Shown one piece after another: positions 16,664 through 20,748 of a stretch of 20,748 nt of DNA. Position 1 is the stretch's first letter. Every line of letters begins with the position of its first letter. Origin of the DNA: Candidatus Hydrogenedentota bacterium (GTDB lineage Bacteria > Hydrogenedentota > Hydrogenedentia > Hydrogenedentales > GCA-2746185); assembly GCA_046583315.1 (NCBI GenBank), contig JAYGCN010000019.1:1-20748 (forward strand), written 5' to 3'. The translations under genes and the position numbers were made by a program. The notes beneath the pieces are model-generated. The model made no database searches. It was not told the origin of the DNA and saw only the letters and a list, made by a program, of their open reading frames with translations.

Positions 16664-16996
16664 ATGATGGAAACTGAATTCTATAACAATGTGCCATTGG
16701 TTGAAGGGCCATTTATCGGACTTACCGCCGACTACGCCATGATTCCAATCGTCGGCATTGTGATGGGTGGACTACTCCTGATTTCCATCGTTTGTGGACT
16801 CATCTGCATCGGATTCGTCAAAGCGGTACGCGGCGGCGGATCAACCAAGGCACAGCGCAAGGTTAATCAAGACGAAGCCCGCGCATTTCAGCAAATGGAA
16901 CGTGGATTTCGCCGCATGGAAGAACGAATTGATTCACTGGAAACTTTACTGATGGGTCGGTCACAACGCACCGCGTCTGACCGCGAATTCAGCTAA
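16664..16996 (+). CDS. PspB-like single-TM coiled-coil protein (copy 1)
   Basis: One TM helix then DEARAFQQMERGFRRMEERIDSLETLL. Located between pspA and pspC. Confidence 0.72.
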   Translation: MMETEFYNNVPLVEGPFIGLTADYAMIPIVGIVMGGLLLISIVCGLICIGFVKAVRGGGSTKAQRKVNQDEARAFQQMERGFRRMEERIDSLETLLMGRSQRTASDREFS

Positions 16997-17014
16997 CGAT
17001 AAAGGTTATTGGAC

Positions 17015-17302
17015 ATGGACACTACAGGAATCATCGTGGTATCGTGCCTCGGAGCCGCATTCATCATCGGCTCAATCGGCATAACCTTCTCGCTGATAGT
17101 AAAAGCGTTCAGGAGCGGTTCAGGGGCGAGCACTCCCGCCGGAGACGAAGACGAGACCCGCTTGATCCAAGAAATTTACCATGGCCTGACCAAGATGGAG
17201 GATCGCATCGAATCCCTGGAAGCTCTACTCATTGACCGAGACCGCAAAACTTCTGAGGAACGCAAGCTCTCCGATTTTGACCGAAATCTGGAAAGGGGTT
17301 AA
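17015..17302 (+). CDS. pspB: PspB-like single-TM coiled-coil protein (copy 2)
   Basis: N-terminal TM helix then DETRLIQEIYHGLTKMEDRIESLEALL, directly before pspC. Start is TTG 17009 or ATG 17015. Confidence 0.75.
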   Translation: MDTTGIIVVSCLGAAFIIGSIGITFSLIVKAFRSGSGASTPAGDEDETRLIQEIYHGLTKMEDRIESLEALLIDRDRKTSEERKLSDFDRNLERG

Positions 17303-17305
17303 TCC

Positions 17306-17788
17306 ATGAGAACCCATCGACAACGAAACCATGGACGTCAAACCCGCGCTGAACGTCGTGCCGCAAGACGCGAAGCCCATTACGACAAAGGCGGTTATGC
17401 CACCTACACCGAAGCCAATCCCGAATACGGCGTGACACTGTATCGTTCCCGCAATGGTATGTGCTGTGGCGTCTGTAAGGGCATCGCCGACTATTATCAG
17501 TTCAACGTCTTCTGGGTGCGATTCCTGTTTGTTGTCGGGTTCACCTTCACCGGAGTCTGGCCCGCTATCGTGCTCTACGTGATCGCCGCCATGGTCATGA
17601 AAGTCGAACCCGTGCTGCCCCTCGAATCAGAAGAGGACGAAGAGTTTTACCACTCCTATTCCGGCTCACGCTCGATGGCACTCCAACGCCTGAAACGCAC
17701 CTTTGACACCCTGGATCGCAGGATTCAACGCATTGAGAGCACCGTGACCACGCGCGATTTCGACTGGGAAGAGCGCCTGAACCGGTAG
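17306..17788 (+). CDS. pspC: Phage shock protein C
   Basis: LYRSRNGMCCGVCKGIADYY...WVR PspC domain, TM region, and C-terminal RRIQRIESTVTTRDF. Confidence 0.92.
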   Translation: MRTHRQRNHGRQTRAERRAARREAHYDKGGYATYTEANPEYGVTLYRSRNGMCCGVCKGIADYYQFNVFWVRFLFVVGFTFTGVWPAIVLYVIAAMVMKVEPVLPLESEEDEEFYHSYSGSRSMALQRLKRTFDTLDRRIQRIESTVTTRDFDWEERLNR

Positions 17789-17801
17789 CCTGGAATCCAC
17801 C

Positions 17802-18056
17802 ATGAGCAAAGCAGATACAGCGCATACATCCCTATTTCCAGGAAAAATCCTGCGCCTCTTCTTCGTGTGGCCCTTCAAGCTGCTCTGGAAAATCGTCACC
17901 ACCACCTGCAACGCCATCGGCATCCTGCTGTCCCTGCTGCTCGGCTCCGCACTCATGTTCGCCGGTTACATCCTGGTAACCACATTCATCGGCGCCATCA
18001 TCGGACTGCCCATGATGGTCATCGGTGCCTTCCTGATTCTACGCGCGCTCTACTAG
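17802..18056 (+). CDS. Small two-TM membrane protein, probable last gene of the psp operon
   Basis: Starts 13 nt after the pspC stop. Amphipathic N-terminal helix plus a hydrophobic hairpin (TFIGAIIGLPMMVIG). Confidence 0.75.
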   Translation: MSKADTAHTSLFPGKILRLFFVWPFKLLWKIVTTTCNAIGILLSLLLGSALMFAGYILVTTFIGAIIGLPMMVIGAFLILRALY

Positions 18057-19354
18057 CCGCGTTCTTTGTTCAGGAAATCGATCGCCAGCCCCGCCATCGT
18101 CTTCACACCCAGCGGCAACGCGGATTCATCTGCGTAAAAAAACGGCGAGTGATTGGCAATGGCTTCCTCAGCGGGCACATCCACCGGACGCACTCCCAAG
18201 AAAAAAAACATGCCCGGCACTTCCTGAGCATAGAACGCGAAATCCTCCGCACCCGTCACAGGATTCGGCTCACTCACCTGCTCAAATCCCGCCACACTCT
18301 CCAGCGTCGAGCGCATGCTACGCGTCAACGCAGGGTCGTTGTACGTAACCGGAGCACCCTTCCGAATCGTCACCGTCGCAGTCCCGCCTGCACTCTCCAC
18401 AATGCCTTTCACCGTCTGATGCACCCGTGCATGAATATCCTCCTGCATCTCCGGGTCAAGCGTGCGAATCGTCCCAATCATCGTCACATCATCAGGGATA
18501 ATATTGGATCGTACCCCGCCTTCGATAATCCCGATGGTCACAATCGCCGGGGCCACCGTAATATTCGCCTGTCTACTCACTATCGTTTGCAAGCCCATAA
18601 TCACCTGCGCCGACAACACAATCGGATCAATTCCCGCCCAGGGCATCGCCGCGTGGGTCTGCTTGCCGTGTACAACGATTTGAAGACCGTCAGACCCCGC
18701 CATAGTACCTCCGGGCCGAACTCCCACCTCGCCGACAGCAAGGCGTTGCGAAACATGTAATCCGAAAATAGCATCAACATCAGGATCAGACAAAACGCCC
18801 TCGGCAACCATCACGTCCGCTCCCCCGGTCCCTTCTTCAGCAGGCTGAAAAATAAATATGATCGTCCCATGAATCTGCGACTTCATTCCGGCGAGTACTT
18901 CCGCCGCACCCATCAGAATCGCGACGTGATTGTCATGCCCGCACGCATGCATGACGCCCACCTCTTTCCCACGATAGGTGCCGCGCACTTTTGACGCGAA
19001 CGGCACATCTACCTGCTCCTCCACCGGCAGCCCATCCATGTCCGCACGCAACGCCACGACTTTACCGGGATGATCACCGCGCAGTATGCCCACAACACCG
19101 GTTTCAGCGACCCCGGTTTGGACCTCGAAGCCAAGCGATTTCAAATGATCCGCGGCTTTCTTTCCGGTGCGATATTCTTCGTTACTCAATTCAGGATGCT
19201 GATGAATGTCTCTGCGCCATTCAACGACTTTCGAATTGATGGCCTCCGCGCGCGATGCGATCAGCGCATGCACGTCGTCCTGAGCCTGCACATTAGCGGC
19301 TCGGACGCAGAAAATCAGGGTCACCGCAATCAGACTGTTAACTAAGATTCGCAT
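18053..19354 (-). CDS. M20 family (Acy1-like) amidohydrolase/peptidase with signal peptide
   Basis: RRDIHQHPELS, ALRADMDGLP, MHACGHD, FQPAEEG, AEDF and NHSP motifs. Start moved to the ATG at 19354 (AAGGAG RBS). Confidence 0.93.
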   Translation of the reverse strand: MRILVNSLIAVTLIFCVRAANVQAQDDVHALIASRAEAINSKVVEWRRDIHQHPELSNEEYRTGKKAADHLKSLGFEVQTGVAETGVVGILRGDHPGKVVALRADMDGLPVEEQVDVPFASKVRGTYRGKEVGVMHACGHDNHVAILMGAAEVLAGMKSQIHGTIIFIFQPAEEGTGGADVMVAEGVLSDPDVDAIFGLHVSQRLAVGEVGVRPGGTMAGSDGLQIVVHGKQTHAAMPWAGIDPIVLSAQVIMGLQTIVSRQANITVAPAIVTIGIIEGGVRSNIIPDDVTMIGTIRTLDPEMQEDIHARVHQTVKGIVESAGGTATVTIRKGAPVTYNDPALTRSMRSTLESVAGFEQVSEPNPVTGAEDFAFYAQEVPGMFFFLGVRPVDVPAEEAIANHSPFFYADESALPLGVKTMAGLAIDFLNKERG

Positions 19355-19438
19355 GTTCAACTCCTTATCCAAAATGATGTCACAACTTTGTTATACTAGG
19401 TCACTTCTAGCGAGTAATCAACCCGAGCCCAAATTCTT

Positions 19439-20748
19439 ATGTCCGCATCAGTCGAGAGTCAAGTTCATTCCTGCCGCACCGGCGTTGCCCTGTGGCTCAG
19501 GAACGACTACACCTTCGTGCGATTTGCGGGGCCCGATACCGCGTCCTGGCTGCACAGTCAAACGACCAATGACGTGGATGCACTCGAATCAGGCGGCGGA
19601 CATTCCGACGCGATTCTGGATCGACAAGGTCGCCTGCAAGGTCATTTCACCTTGCACCGCTGGGACGATGAGTATTGGATGCTCATTGAGAAAAGCCAGG
19701 TCGACCATACGCTTCAGCATCTCGACGATCACAAATTTATTGAAGAAGTCGAGGTAGAGCCCTCTGGAGATGCGCTTGAGCAATTGGTGATTCAGGGACC
19801 CAAAATATTACCGCTCTTATCCCACGTTATGGATTCAAAGGATGCCCTGGGTACGGAATTGTTACCGGCCGAGTGGTATGGCGTCCACCCCATCGAAATT
19901 TTTGGTTACGAAGTGCTCGCGTTCCGACTCAGCATGACCGGCGAAGACGGCTTTGTCTTGGTTGGCGAACAAGGCGAGTGTTCGTCCATCCTCGGGCGGT
20001 TGCTCGAACAGGAAGTCGATTACCCATGTGTACGACTTGATCCCCAAGCGCAAACCATCTTGCGCATCGAGAGCGGGATCCCTAAATTCGGCGTCGACAT
20101 GGACACGTCTCATCTGATTCCCGAGACGACTCTCGAGCGGAACAGCATCAGCTATGAAAAAGGGTGCTACCTTGGGCAGGAAGTCGTGGCCCGGCTCAAA
20201 GCCTATGGCACCGTCAAACGCGCGTTAATGGGCCTTCAGTTCAGCGACGGAGCCCCGGATGCGCTGGATCGCCTGGCGGGTGCAGCCATTTCCGTGGAAG
20301 GCAAACGCGTCGGCCATATCACGAGCGCAGCCCTAAGTCCCACGCTGGACACGACCATTGCACTGGCCTATCTTAATCGTGATCACCGGACACCGGATGC
20401 GATTCTGGATGCGCAGATCGACGGACTTGACGCGTCGGTGAAACTCCAGGTGTGCGTATTGCCGCTTCACACCGCATCCACACGCGAGGAACAGGCACAG
20501 GCACTTTACACCGAGGCCCTGGACCTCTTTCAGGCTGATTTGGACGACTCAGATGAGTCGGCAATCCCGCTTCTCAAAGAAGCACTTTTGTTGTCACCCG
20601 AATTCGAAGATGCATATGAGGTGCTCGGTGTCATCTTGAATCGCCATCATCGCGTGGACGAAGCTATCTATTTCATGAAACATCTCAAGGAGCTCAATCC
20701 AAACAGCATCATGGCGCATACGAATCTGTCGGTATTCTATCTCGCCAA
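19439..20748 (+). CDS. ygfZ: YgfZ/GcvT-family folate-binding protein fused to C-terminal TPR repeats (3'-truncated by the window edge)
   Basis: Hand translation: MSASVESQ...GPDTASWLHSQTTNDV...LDRQGRL...ISYEKGCYLGQEVVARL (KGCYLGQE at 20159-20182, in frame with the ATG), then ALLLSPEFEDAYEVLGVILNRHHRVDEAI...LNPNSIMAHTNLSVFY. Not in the ORF track because it has no stop in the window. Confidence 0.88.
   Translation, partial: MSASVESQVHSCRTGVALWLRNDYTFVRFAGPDTASWLHSQTTNDVDALESGGGHSDAILDRQGRLQGHFTLHRWDDEYWMLIEKSQVDHTLQHLDDHKFIEEVEVEPSGDALEQLVIQGPKILPLLSHVMDSKDALGTELLPAEWYGVHPIEIFGYEVLAFRLSMTGEDGFVLVGEQGECSSILGRLLEQEVDYPCVRLDPQAQTILRIESGIPKFGVDMDTSHLIPETTLERNSISYEKGCYLGQEVVARLKAYGTVKRALMGLQFSDGAPDALDRLAGAAISVEGKRVGHITSAALSPTLDTTIALAYLNRDHRTPDAILDAQIDGLDASVKLQVCVLPLHTASTREEQAQALYTEALDLFQADLDDSDESAIPLLKEALLLSPEFEDAYEVLGVILNRHHRVDEAIYFMKHLKELNPNSIMAHTNLSVFYLA

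Noticed and set aside
14297..18056. Prophage or anti-phage defence reading of the phage shock genes
   Set aside because: Psp is an envelope-stress system. No phage, integrase or defence genes are visible in the window.
17867..18760. 297-aa His/Arg-rich plus-strand ORF
   Set aside because: Off-frame over the 84-aa gene and antisense to the M20 peptidase. Its composition is that of a shadow frame.

Overview
Bacterial chromosomal window, GC-rich apart from a very AT-rich stretch at about 1200-1700. It uses genetic code 11, since TGA ends two ordinary genes. The DUF1559 subtype and gene content suggest Candidatus Hydrogenedentota or a PVC-like lineage (inference). The left part holds a DUF1559 prepilin-like gene with a structured leader, then SRPBCC and Fur-family genes, a Gfo/Idh/MocA oxidoreductase, a sulfatase and a DUF2231-cytochrome c fusion. 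The middle holds a FecR/DUF6600-like secreted protein, a GxxxG-repeat lipoprotein, a Tat-exported Gfo/Idh/MocA enzyme, a sodium:solute symporter and a disrupted gene (in-frame TGA plus probable frameshift). The right part is a phage-shock locus. pspF is divergent from a sigma54 operon of atypical content: PilZ-domain gene, pspA, two pspB-like genes, pspC and a small 2-TM gene. Candidate UAS, IHF and -24/-12 sites are all visible. An M20 amidohydrolase and a YgfZ-TPR fusion (cut by the window edge, absent from the ORF track) close the window. I saw no rRNA, tRNA, CRISPR array or mobile element. All family calls come from motif recognition by eye, with no database search.
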